A stretch of DNA of 64,000 nucleotides from Candidatus Brocadiia bacterium (lineage in GTDB: Bacteria; Planctomycetota; Brocadiia; CAIUPP01). The notes beneath the pieces are model-generated. The model was given only the letters and a program-made list of their open reading frames with translations, had not been told where the DNA came from and did not search any database. The stretch covers positions 184,180-248,179 of the forward strand of contig JBEKCB010000002.1 in the NCBI GenBank assembly GCA_050015075.1. The letters run 5' to 3'. Shown here piece after piece: positions 40,503-51,171 of the stretch (position 1 is its first letter; each line of letters opens with the position of its first letter). The translations under genes and the position numbers were made by a program.

Positions 40503-40531
40503 ATGGTAGGGAATCGGGCGGAGGTTGTCAA
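40503..40531 (-). promoter_or_regulatory. sigma70 promoter of the activator, with a TAC-N6-GTG palindrome over the -10 box
   Basis: Minus strand TTGACA-17-TACCAT. Palindrome ATTCCCACCgtatGGTAGGGAAT at 40492-40514. Confidence 0.6.
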
Positions 40532-40694
40532 AGCAACATGGCCGGATCGGACGGCTTCGGACGCCGCGCGGCGATGGCAATGCCGGTTAGCGCCACCTCG
40601 AAATCCACAGCCGCAGCAGTTCGAGCCCGGTTCCCTCTTCACCTGCGGAAGTCCCGAGACGGCAGATCGCGCACCTTTCATTTCCGCAAGCGCC

Positions 40695-40723
40695 TTGACA
40701 TCTCGCCGCGCAGGTGGTACAAA
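40695..40723 (+). promoter_or_regulatory. sigma70 promoter of the tRNA
   Basis: TTGACA-17-TACAAA. Confidence 0.65.
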
Positions 40724-40739
40724 AACATATAGAATGTGA

Positions 40740-42589
<1,850 letters not shown>

Positions 42590-42593
<4 letters not shown>

Positions 42594-42823
42594 TTCTGGT
42601 CTGCCCTTTCCTGCATGGAACGCTTTGAACCGTCGGACAGATCAGGGCATCCCCCGCCAGACAAGTCAAGGGCATGCTCGGCGGAATTTCGCGCGGCCTG
42701 CCAGCGCCGGACGAGCAGCCTGGCGAGAATGGACTCGGCCACGGACATCTGGTCAGGGGACGCTTCGGCCTCCAGTTCGCGTTCCTGAACCGACGGAGGC
42801 GGGCATACAGCCGTGTGCGGCAT
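42590..42823 (-). CDS. Small hypothetical protein coupled to the integrase (possible directionality factor)
   Basis: ATG 2 nt after the primase stop; its TGA overlaps the integrase ATG. Confidence 0.4.
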
Positions 42824-42825
42824 TC

Positions 42826-45009
42826 TTATTCTCCGCCTTCCATTTCTCGGCGAATCCGATTTACGTATTGCACCGATGCGCCGCACTGGTCGGCCACGTC
42901 CTTTGTCGGCAATTCCGGGTTCTCTCGAATCAGGTTCTCGACGGCCGCGCGTTTCCCGTCGTCCTGAGACTCTTCCACCGGCGGTCTGACGGTCGCGTAG
43001 GCGAGCGTCTTGCGCGGACTGAGGCGCCAGCGGAAGATCAGACTTTCCTCCTCGGCCAAGTCCAGAAGCCGCCTCACGCGGCGCGACGACACGCCTTCGG
43101 CCTCGGCGTCCTCTTGAATGCGCGCCTCGCTCTTCGGTTCCTCGGAAACGAACCGAGCCACAAAGCCCGGAGCATCATACGATGGGGCTTCCTCCTTCTC
43201 CGCGCCGCCCGCCTTCTTGCCGCCCTCCTTTTTCAGCGCCGCCGGGTCGAGGTCATCGGCGGGCATCCAGACCGGGAAAGCCCAGCGAAGGCAGCGTGGC
43301 GGCACGGGCGGCCAGGAACGCACGGCGGCTTCCAGCACCACGGCGTCGCTCTCATGGTGCCGGCGCAAGACGACATGCGTGTCCGTGGCGCGCGACTGCG
43401 CGCCTGCGCCCGCGCCTACGTCGGTCAGTTCCTTCTGCGACTGATTTCCCTTGCTGGTGTGGTGAATCAGGACAAACGAGCAGTCCAGATAATCGGCGAA
43501 GGCATCAATGCAGTTGTAGAGGTTCGCCATCGTGCCGTTGTCATTCTCGTCTTTGTTCTCCGGCATGAAGCGATAGAAGGCGTCGAGAATGACGATCTTG
43601 AACTGCCCCGGGGAAAACCGCCGGAAGTACTCTCCCATGGCAAACAGGTTCTTGAGGCGGCCGCGCAGGTTGTCCACGTGGACCCGGTCGGCAATCTCCT
43701 CGAACGGGATACCTCTGGCGTCAGCGACCTTCGGGATGCGGTTCGCGCTGGTCTCGCCGTGCAGCTCGTTGTCGATGATGAGCACGTCGCCGGCGAAGCA
43801 GTCCATGCCCAGCCACGGGCGGCCCGTGGCCACGGAGAGCGCCAGGTCTATCACGAGCCACGACTTCCCGATTTTCGGGGCGGAGATGACGTTCATCGTC
43901 TCGCCGCGCCGAAGCAACCCCTCGATCACCGGCGGCCGCAGAGCCGGGTACGTCTGGACGAGCTGCCGCAGTTTTTTCGGCATCGCCTTCGAAGGTTCGC
44001 CGACCGTCAGTTGAGACAGGTCCACGCCGCTGGCGGTGCGCTCCTCGGCCATTTGCTTCGCATGGGCGATGGTTCGCCCGACGTAGTCGGCGCGAAGCGC
44101 CTTGTCCGGGTTCTCATCGTGCTTCCGGCGCGCCGCGATGAGGAGACTGGCGATCTCCTGGTGCGACCATCCGTTGAGCGCCGCGATGTCCGCCAGGCTC
44201 AGGTCGTATGCGCTCTGCGACTGATCCGGGAAATCCGCACGTTGCCGGTTCCACGTCTGCGCGAACGTCGGGCAGAACTGCATCAGCGCCGCGAATTTCT
44301 CCGCGGGCGGCTCGGCGTCCATGCGGAGCGCCACGTCGCCCGCCTCGACGGGCCCGGCGTCGAGCGCCGCGTCCTCGCAGGCGAAGGGAGCGAAGTCGTC
44401 CGGGTTGTACCGGCGATCCTCATGGTGCTCGACAAGGCGCACCTCGACGGGATCGCTTCCCTTTCGGTTCCACGTTCCAGGCAGACGAAGGACGCGCGCC
44501 AGGTCGCCTACGGGGTCCACTTCCCAGCCGAACGTGCGCGCAGTCTCTCGAATAAGATTCACCCACCCCTTGGCGCTCTTCGCCGCCGCCAGGCGGTCCT
44601 CATCCGTCTCAAACGTCCACGGTTCCTTGAACAGCCACCAGGCGTGAAGGCCGTGTCCGCTGTCCACGATCATGCTCGGCGGGAAAGGCAGCTTGCCGAG
44701 TATGGACTGCGCGTCCGCGACCGTCGGCGGCAACGGCTTGTGCTCGCGCCAAGGGGCAGGCAGGTCAATGTCAGCCCAAAAACCTGCTATGGAGACGACC
44801 TCAGATGCCGACGGTTTGCCCTTGCAGTCCGCCCCGGCCAGCCCCACGCACAGGTACACGTCTTGCTTCTTGCTCTGCTCGGCGGCGTACAACCCGGCGG
44901 CCTTCACCGAGGAGAAGAACCGCGTGCGCCTGTCGGGCAGGGTGAAAATCGCAAGGCGGCGGTTTTCCGCGATGGTGTCGCCGCACAGGATGTTCAGGAA
45001 GTCTTCCAT
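42826..45009 (-). CDS. Primase-helicase (RepB-like AEP primase plus AAA_25/RepA helicase)
   Basis: DIDL, SGHGLHAWW, D.ARVLRLPGT.N, Walker A APKIGKS and HHTSKG motifs; C-terminal HTH. Confidence 0.85.
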   Translation of the reverse strand: MEDFLNILCGDTIAENRRLAIFTLPDRRTRFFSSVKAAGLYAAEQSKKQDVYLCVGLAGADCKGKPSASEVVSIAGFWADIDLPAPWREHKPLPPTVADAQSILGKLPFPPSMIVDSGHGLHAWWLFKEPWTFETDEDRLAAAKSAKGWVNLIRETARTFGWEVDPVGDLARVLRLPGTWNRKGSDPVEVRLVEHHEDRRYNPDDFAPFACEDAALDAGPVEAGDVALRMDAEPPAEKFAALMQFCPTFAQTWNRQRADFPDQSQSAYDLSLADIAALNGWSHQEIASLLIAARRKHDENPDKALRADYVGRTIAHAKQMAEERTASGVDLSQLTVGEPSKAMPKKLRQLVQTYPALRPPVIEGLLRRGETMNVISAPKIGKSWLVIDLALSVATGRPWLGMDCFAGDVLIIDNELHGETSANRIPKVADARGIPFEEIADRVHVDNLRGRLKNLFAMGEYFRRFSPGQFKIVILDAFYRFMPENKDENDNGTMANLYNCIDAFADYLDCSFVLIHHTSKGNQSQKELTDVGAGAGAQSRATDTHVVLRRHHESDAVVLEAAVRSWPPVPPRCLRWAFPVWMPADDLDPAALKKEGGKKAGGAEKEEAPSYDAPGFVARFVSEEPKSEARIQEDAEAEGVSSRRVRRLLDLAEEESLIFRWRLSPRKTLAYATVRPPVEESQDDGKRAAVENLIRENPELPTKDVADQCGASVQYVNRIRREMEGGE

Positions 45010-45234
45010 TTATCGCCCCTGCTTCTTGCCCGCGAAGCGCAGACGTTCGATCTCACGATCCACGTACCAGCGCGCCTTCTCCAGATCTTCCACGGCGTTC
45101 CCTTTCAGCCCCGCGCGCCAGAGATATTTCATGGCGTTGCCGATGCAGAAGTTCATGTGCTCGGTGATCTGGATGCACTCGACGCCGGACGGATGGCTCG
45201 TGTAGTGCGCCGGATGGTTCACGCTGTCACGCAT
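45010..45234 (-). CDS. DUF3310 phage protein
   Basis: VNHPAHY, GNAMKYLWRAG.K and EDLEKARWY motifs. Confidence 0.85.
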   Translation of the reverse strand: MRDSVNHPAHYTSHPSGVECIQITEHMNFCIGNAMKYLWRAGLKGNAVEDLEKARWYVDREIERLRFAGKKQGR

Positions 45235-45245
45235 GGATGCTCCGG

Positions 45246-45692
45246 TCAGGTCTGATCGGACTCGTCGCGCTCGCATTCGCCGGCGCATTCCGGGCCGCCG
45301 CAATTGGCGCACGGCCTCCCCCCGTTTTCCTTCTCGGCATAGCACTCCTCGCAATACGGCCGCCCGTCGAACTCCATCTCGGCGGGTTCTCCGCACGACA
45401 CGCAATTAGCCCTTCGAGGGGGACTGTCATCGGCCTTCTTCTCCGTCGGCGCTTTTCCGTTGTGCCGATCCATGTATTCGATGGTCTTCTCAATCAGGGG
45501 CCGGCACCGGGGGCAAACGTCATAGTAGCCGTAGATTCCGGTCTTGCGTCCGCAGCAGACGCAGTGACGGCGGCATGCCTGGCAGAGGCCGACGCGCCTG
45601 GACGCAGCCTGCGCGAGATGGGTTCCGCAGGACATGCAGTAGAGCCGATGCCGGGCGACCGCTTCATTCAGGAACCTGATATTGCGTTTCAC
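45246..45692 (-). CDS. Cys-rich multi-zinc-finger hypothetical protein
   Basis: At least seven CxxC pairs. GTG start after GAGGAGG. Confidence 0.6.
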   Translation of the reverse strand: MKRNIRFLNEAVARHRLYCMSCGTHLAQAASRRVGLCQACRRHCVCCGRKTGIYGYYDVCPRCRPLIEKTIEYMDRHNGKAPTEKKADDSPPRRANCVSCGEPAEMEFDGRPYCEECYAEKENGGRPCANCGGPECAGECERDESDQT

Positions 45693-45702
45693 GGTGTCCT
45701 CC

Positions 45703-47400
45703 TCAGAAGGGGATGGAATCGTCGTTCGTGGATATCGTCCCCGCCAGTTCACCTTCGGGAACGTCGTTCCATCCCGGCTCGCGGCAGTCGGGCTTCTCGC
45801 CCAGTTCGTAGCCGATGATCCGGTCGTAATCCTCGCCGCTCACATGGCGGATGGTGATGCTCCTCGTCTCGGCCAGCACGCCTGATTCGGCCAGTTGGAC
45901 GGCGTCCTCGACGTTCTGCGGAACCGGCAGATGTGCGCGGCGGCTCCACCAGAGTTCAGCCTTGTGGCGGGCGTAGCCGGTGTGCTCGAAGCAAATCCAT
46001 TCCGACTGCCACTGGTGGTAGCTGATGCGATACTCGACGCGCATCGTTCGCGGCGCGCCTGGCGGCGCGTTGCGCTTGATGTGGACGCTGTAGCGCGTCT
46101 CCTGGACGGAGCAGGTCTCGTCGGTGACCTCGCCCGACAGGACGTCGGCGGAACTCGCCGCCTTGTCATGGTTCGGATTTCGACTGTTGTCCTGTTTGAA
46201 GAACTCATGCCCGCATTCGGGGCAGACGGAGTATCCCGACGCCACGATGGTGTGGCACTGCGGACATTCCTTCGCGGGCGCCAAATCGAATGCTCGTCCA
46301 TCGCGGATGCGGATGGCGTCCACCGGGCCGTGGCGCAGGACGTTGCCGCCGAAATCGAGGACGAGGCAGTCTTTCTTGCCTTCGCACAGGCGGAAGCCAC
46401 GGCCCACCATCTGGTAATAGAGGCCGGGCGACATCGTCGGGCGCAGCATGGCAACGCAGTCGATGTTCGGCGCGTCGAAGCCGGTCGTCAGGACGTTCAC
46501 GTTCACGAGGTACTTGACCTCGCCTGCCTTGAAGGCCTTCAGCGTCGAATCGCGCTGGAAGTTCAGCGTGTCGCCGAAGACCGTCTCCACGCGCTGTCCC
46601 ATGCCTTTCAGCGTCTCCGCGACGTGCTCGCCATGCGCAACGCCGCTCGTAAAGACCAGGCAGGCTTTCCTTTCGCGGGTCTGTTCGACAATCTCCCGGC
46701 ACGCCGCCTCGACGAGGCCCTGCTGGTTCATGAGCGCCTCGGCTTCGCTGGCGATGAACTCGCCGGCGCGCACGTGCAGGTTGGAGGTGTCGGCCTTCTC
46801 GCGGCCCGCCTTGCTCTTCAGGGCGCAGAGGTATCCCTGCGCGATCAACTCGCGCACGCCGACCTCGTAGCAGACGGCGTTGAGGATGTTTTCCGGCGCG
46901 CAAATGGAACCGGACGTCATCCGAAACGGCGTGGCGGTCAGGCCGATGACGCGGGCCTGCGGGTTGGCCTCTTTCAGTCCCGCCAGGAGCGTCCGATACA
47001 TGCCGTCGCCATCGGGCGGAATCATGTGGGCCTCGTCAATGACGACAAGGTCGAAGCGGCCAAGCTCTCCGGCGCGCTTGTAGACCGACTGGACGCCAGC
47101 GACGATGACAGGATGCTCGGTGTCGCGGCTGTTCAGGCCGGCGGAATAGACGCCGACCTGGGGCATGAGCTCCGGCGCGACGGCGTTGAGCTTGTCCACC
47201 GCCTGCTGGAGCAGTTCCTTCACGTGCGCCACGATGAGAACGCGACCGGCCCAGCGCCCGACGGCATCCTTGCACACCGTCGCCATCACGGGCGTCTTGC
47301 CGCCGGCGGTGGGAATCACGACGCACGGATTGTCGTCATGCTCGCGCAGGTGCCGATAGACCGCTTCGACGGCGTCTTGTTGGTACGGGCGCAACTGCAT
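45703..47400 (-). CDS. SF2 DEAH helicase (RadD/YejH-like) with zinc ribbon
   Basis: LRPYQ, PTAGGKT, DEAH, GLTATP, QMVGRG.R and CPQC...CPECG motifs. Confidence 0.9.
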   Translation of the reverse strand: MQLRPYQQDAVEAVYRHLREHDDNPCVVIPTAGGKTPVMATVCKDAVGRWAGRVLIVAHVKELLQQAVDKLNAVAPELMPQVGVYSAGLNSRDTEHPVIVAGVQSVYKRAGELGRFDLVVIDEAHMIPPDGDGMYRTLLAGLKEANPQARVIGLTATPFRMTSGSICAPENILNAVCYEVGVRELIAQGYLCALKSKAGREKADTSNLHVRAGEFIASEAEALMNQQGLVEAACREIVEQTRERKACLVFTSGVAHGEHVAETLKGMGQRVETVFGDTLNFQRDSTLKAFKAGEVKYLVNVNVLTTGFDAPNIDCVAMLRPTMSPGLYYQMVGRGFRLCEGKKDCLVLDFGGNVLRHGPVDAIRIRDGRAFDLAPAKECPQCHTIVASGYSVCPECGHEFFKQDNSRNPNHDKAASSADVLSGEVTDETCSVQETRYSVHIKRNAPPGAPRTMRVEYRISYHQWQSEWICFEHTGYARHKAELWWSRRAHLPVPQNVEDAVQLAESGVLAETRSITIRHVSGEDYDRIIGYELGEKPDCREPGWNDVPEGELAGTISTNDDSIPF

Positions 47401-47748
47401 CTAACCGGCCTCCTCGATGCTCACAATGACCTTGCCATTGGGAATCGTCTCGCGCTTCTCCACCTCGAATCGGACGACCTGGCTGTCGTCGTGATACGCG
47501 CCGCCATGCTGCAAAGCGTCCCACAGGCTTTTCAGAAGGTTGTCGAGATCGCGCCGTCGGTTGTCCGGCGGATGGACCTCGATGCGCATGCGAAGCGGCC
47601 CCCGCAAAGGGCGGACGCCCAGGCCCATGAGCATGACGGCCACACGGTCCCGGTACGTCCGCCCCTCCCGACTGATCAACGTGCGCGGCCCGACCCGCCT
47701 GTAGTAGTGATTCACCGACGGGGGATAGGGCAGCTCGACGGTGATCAT
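47401..47748 (-). CDS. rusA: Holliday junction resolvase RusA
   Basis: LP.PPSVN.Y, PPD.RRRDLDN..K...DAL and DDSQV motifs. Confidence 0.9.
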   Translation of the reverse strand: MITVELPYPPSVNHYYRRVGPRTLISREGRTYRDRVAVMLMGLGVRPLRGPLRMRIEVHPPDNRRRDLDNLLKSLWDALQHGGAYHDDSQVVRFEVEKRETIPNGKVIVSIEEAG

Positions 47749-48197
47749 CCGCGCCTCCACGGCGGTGTGGGGTTGGAGGCCTGCGCGGGCTTACCGTTGG
47801 CGGTCTCGCGCTTGGCGTACCCCTTAATCTCGTTGCGCACCTCGCCGTCGGAATCGGTCTTCTGCTTGACCGTGATCATGAGCGGGAGGTTGTGCATCTC
47901 GCAGGAGTCCTTCGGCTCCATGATGCCGACGGCGCGACACAGGGCCGACAGTTCGCCCCGGGCGATCTTCACCGCCAGCGTGTTGGGGTTGTCGAGGTTC
48001 AGGCGCGCCCAGAGCAGCCGGCCCTTGAACTCCCCCTCGACCACCTGGAACGTCAGCTCGAGGAAACTGCCATTGCCGGACTTGGTGGGCTTCATCTCCG
48101 AGCCGGTGACGACGGCGACGTACTTGCCAGCAGGTATGGGGTCGAAGTCCGTGTTCGGCTCGACATTGTTCGCGTTGAATCCATTCAGATTAGCCAT
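47745..48197 (-). CDS. DUF669 phage ssDNA-binding-like protein
   Basis: F.PIPAG.Y, L.L.F.V.EG, NEIKGY and C-terminal PPW motifs. Confidence 0.8.
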   Translation of the reverse strand: MANLNGFNANNVEPNTDFDPIPAGKYVAVVTGSEMKPTKSGNGSFLELTFQVVEGEFKGRLLWARLNLDNPNTLAVKIARGELSALCRAVGIMEPKDSCEMHNLPLMITVKQKTDSDGEVRNEIKGYAKRETANGKPAQASNPTPPWRRG

Positions 48198-48984
48198 TGG
48201 CCACGTCTCCTTCTTTCTGAGAGGGGGTTTCACCGGACAGTCCGGCCATCAAAGCCGGCCACGACAACGGCAACTCGCCTGGCAGCCCGTAACGGTTCTT
48301 CGCCACGCACGCCGGGCTGCCGACACACCGGAGGATGCGCTCGCCTCCGTCGGCCCCGACGCCCACGGCGATGGCGCGTTCGCGGCCGAATCCCTTGTCC
48401 TCGACCTCGGTGCGGAATTTCCGCGTGGCGAAGAGCACGGCATCGGACCATTCCGTCAGGAGCGCGCAGGCATGCTTGTTCAACCTCGGGGAATAGCGGT
48501 CATAGGCGGTCGATTCGGGATCCTCGAACTTCTCGACCTTTGCGTGCGCGATCAGGATGACCGCCATCCCCTTGTTGGCGCGCAGAGCGCCGAGGGCGTC
48601 CACGACCTTGCGCCAGTGCGTGAGCGCGTGGACGTAGCCCCGCTGATAGCCGCCGTCGGCCTTCTCGATGCTGGCGACCCGATACTCGCGGCAGACGGCG
48701 TCGAAAATCAGCCGCTCCATCCAGTCGAGGCTATCCACCACAACCGTCTGGAAGTCGTGCGGCTCGGTGGACAGGGCGGCGAGGTTCGCCAGGACGTCTT
48801 CCACCGTCTGCGCCAGCGGGAACTTGTCGCAGGCGATCTCGGCCAGGCCGTCCTCGGTCTGGACAAAGATCGGCTTCGGCGCGTTCGCCGCCAGCGTGCT
48901 CTTGCCGATGCCTTCCGTTCCGTACAGCATCAGACGCGGCGGCATCGGCTGCTTGCCGCTCTGAATTCTTTCCATCAGACCCAT
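48190..48984 (-). CDS. AAA_24 ATPase (Sak4-like recombinase)
   Basis: YG.EGIGKST, VVDSLDW.E and AKNR motifs. ATG at 48984 after an AGGAGG RBS. Confidence 0.85.
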   Translation of the reverse strand: MGLMERIQSGKQPMPPRLMLYGTEGIGKSTLAANAPKPIFVQTEDGLAEIACDKFPLAQTVEDVLANLAALSTEPHDFQTVVVDSLDWMERLIFDAVCREYRVASIEKADGGYQRGYVHALTHWRKVVDALGALRANKGMAVILIAHAKVEKFEDPESTAYDRYSPRLNKHACALLTEWSDAVLFATRKFRTEVEDKGFGRERAIAVGVGADGGERILRCVGSPACVAKNRYGLPGELPLSWPALMAGLSGETPSQKEGDVANG

Positions 48985-49043
48985 CGTCTTCACCTCCTTC
49001 GCAAAAGGCGCAGGGGACAGGCGCGCGCCTGCCCGTGCGCGGG

Positions 49044-49871
49044 TCACAGGAAATCGAACACCCGGCGCTCTTCGTATCCGGTGGGCCAAACGCCGGTCAG
49101 CTCGCACTGCTTCAACCTCTCGATGGCCGCTTCGTTCTCGCGGCGGGCAAAGGTCAGAGTGTCGTTCGACAGCAGCCAGACTCCGCAGCGGAACGGCTCC
49201 TTCTTCTCGACCGCGACCATGTGGACGGGAGCGGTTTCGCCGGTCGCGCGCTCGAGGACGGCCTGATAGAACGCCATCTGGTGGGCATAACCGAAGCGAC
49301 GGGCGTCGGCCTCGAACCATGTGAGGTCGTCACAGCTCTTCAGGTCCACGATCCCGCGTTCGGGGTTGAACCAGTCCATCCGCGTTTGGCACGGAACGCC
49401 GCAGTACTCGGCGCGGACGACGCCTTCGGCCTGGCCGCGCGCCAGCAGCGACACCGCCTCCGGGTTGGCGTAGACGCCATCGGCCAGGTGGGAAACCAGC
49501 TCGTAATCGGCCCAGGAGATCGGCTCCTTGTCGTGGAGAGCCTCCTTCCATTCCCGATATGCGGCGGTGTCCTTGCCGTAGGCGCGCTGAGTGTGAGGGT
49601 TGATTGGGCCGTCGCTGATGACGTAGAGCCGGTTGAACTGCTCGGCGTGCTCGAGGATCAGCACGTGCGCCTGGCGGCCGAGCGCGAAGGCTGGACGGTC
49701 CTGATCGGGGATCAGTCCGTCCTGGCGCCTTCTGTAAAGGAGCGCGCATCTGCGGAAATCGGCCAGCGCGTGGCTGCTCAGGTGGGTCTTGGACTTCTCG
49801 CGGTATTCCGCCTGAGTCTCGCGGATGAGAAACCCGAATTCGTCCGACGGCGCTGCGATTGCTTGGGCCAT
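49044..49871 (-). CDS. PD-(D/E)XK exonuclease VIII / RecE-like protein
   Basis: LS.H.L, G...H..ILE, R.DW, VDLKS, Y..QMAFY and AVEK.EP motifs. Confidence 0.85.
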   Translation of the reverse strand: MAQAIAAPSDEFGFLIRETQAEYREKSKTHLSSHALADFRRCALLYRRRQDGLIPDQDRPAFALGRQAHVLILEHAEQFNRLYVISDGPINPHTQRAYGKDTAAYREWKEALHDKEPISWADYELVSHLADGVYANPEAVSLLARGQAEGVVRAEYCGVPCQTRMDWFNPERGIVDLKSCDDLTWFEADARRFGYAHQMAFYQAVLERATGETAPVHMVAVEKKEPFRCGVWLLSNDTLTFARRENEAAIERLKQCELTGVWPTGYEERRVFDFL

Positions 49872-49938
49872 GACTATTCCTTTCTGCTGAACACGATGAT
49901 CCATGCGTCCAAAGAGCAAAGGGGGACAAAGAACACGA

Positions 49939-50709
49939 TCAGGGGACACGCGGTTTCCCGGCGTTGTATTTCCGGATAGCCGCTTCGGCGCGCTGCCGGC
50001 GTTTCTTCGCCGCCTGATAACTCATCCCGGCCTGGCGCGCGCACTCGGTCAAACTCCGGCGGAACAGGCGCGTGCGCGCGATCAGGCGAGCATCGCCTTT
50101 CGTGATCCGGCCTTCCGCCACGTGTTCCCGCAATCGCCGGAGATGCGCTTCATGCTCGTCACGCATCTCGATGAGCAGGAAGGCTTCATCCTCGTATGGA
50201 GGCAGCAACTGTTCGACCCGGTACGGATCGGTGGGAATCTCGCGCCCGGACTGGCGCCACTCGCGGCAATAGCCCTGGTAGAGATCGTGCACGGTGTCGT
50301 TGATGATCTTCTGGACGAGGCGATCACTCCGGTTTCGGAGGTTCAGCCGGCAGACCACCTGGAGGAACGTCCACGTGATATTGTTCCATCGGGCGTCCAG
50401 GCTGCCGTCCCATCGCCGTTTCTGGAAGTGAATGGATTCCAACCCCGGCCAGAAGATGGCAAGGAGTGCCGTTTGCAAGCGTGGGTCGTTCACTTTCGCG
50501 TGGGCGCGAAGGATAGTCCGTAGCACGATGTCTTTGTTCGGGTCGCGGGAGGTGCCTCGCCGCATGAAGCCGACCACGTCGTCCCACGAACTGAACTGAG
50601 CGAAAAACGGCTCCGTCCCTCGAAGCGCGTCCAACAATGCCCCGTACTCCGCGTTCCGCAACTCACGACGCAACGTCTCGTAATCGCGCCGCCTCTTACT
50701 GGAAGACAT
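49939..50709 (-). CDS. Sigma-factor-like protein (C-terminal sigma region-4 HTH)
   Basis: C-terminal D..LI...RL...SL.ECA...GMSY.A.KKR..RA resembles sigma region 4. Confidence 0.55.
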   Translation of the reverse strand: MSSSKRRRDYETLRRELRNAEYGALLDALRGTEPFFAQFSSWDDVVGFMRRGTSRDPNKDIVLRTILRAHAKVNDPRLQTALLAIFWPGLESIHFQKRRWDGSLDARWNNITWTFLQVVCRLNLRNRSDRLVQKIINDTVHDLYQGYCREWRQSGREIPTDPYRVEQLLPPYEDEAFLLIEMRDEHEAHLRRLREHVAEGRITKGDARLIARTRLFRRSLTECARQAGMSYQAAKKRRQRAEAAIRKYNAGKPRVP

Positions 50710-50779
50710 GACGCCCAGCCTTTCTGGCCGGGCGTCATGCGCCTCAGATGTGGCCTAATAAACGGGCCTCAAGGGCCTC
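50707..50779 (-). promoter_or_regulatory. Start-codon-sequestering hairpin plus tandem GAGGCCC repeat (candidate Com-type translational operator)
   Basis: mRNA CAUGACGCCCGGCC-AGAAA-GGCUGGGCGUCAUG forms a 14-bp stem including one G-U pair and contains the SD and AUG. GAGGCCCuuGAGGCCC at 50764-50779. Confidence 0.6.
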
Positions 50780-50795
50780 GGAAAAATGGGGTGAA

Positions 50796-50984
50796 TTAGC
50801 CCTGAGCCACAGACTCAATGGGCTTTTCGGAATCCGCCTCGCTGACCGTCGAGCATGTGCGGCACACCGCCAGCACCTTGCCGGTCACGAGGTACTGCAC
50901 CTTCTTGTACTGGAGGTGCAGCTTGCACTCGCGCCAGACACCAAGAAGCGTCTTGCACTTCCGGCAACGCCACTGTCGTTCCAT
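50796..50984 (-). CDS. Com-like zinc-ribbon protein
   Basis: 62 aa with WRCRKCKTLL...CRTC, the same pattern as phage Mu Com (RCxxCxKLL...CPRC). Confidence 0.6.
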   Translation of the reverse strand: MERQWRCRKCKTLLGVWRECKLHLQYKKVQYLVTGKVLAVCRTCSTVSEADSEKPIESVAQG

Positions 50985-51074
50985 AGGATTTCCCCAAGAG
51001 GTCGGACTGCTGTGGGTGACGCCCAGCGCGTCACCTTCCGGCCTATGGCGGAAATTGCACGAAGCGGCCCCCAG

Positions 51075-51121
51075 AAAAACAAAAAAGGCCGTAACGGGTT
51101 GCCATGCAACCTGTTACGGCC
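51075..51121 (-). terminator. Intrinsic terminator
   Basis: Minus strand GGCCGTAACAGGTTGC-ATG-GCAACCCGTTACGGCC followed by TTTTTTGTTTTT. Confidence 0.75.
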
Positions 51122-51171
51122 CAGCTAGTCCTCGTTTCAGTTGCGCGAAACAATCCGAAACGAAACTGAAA

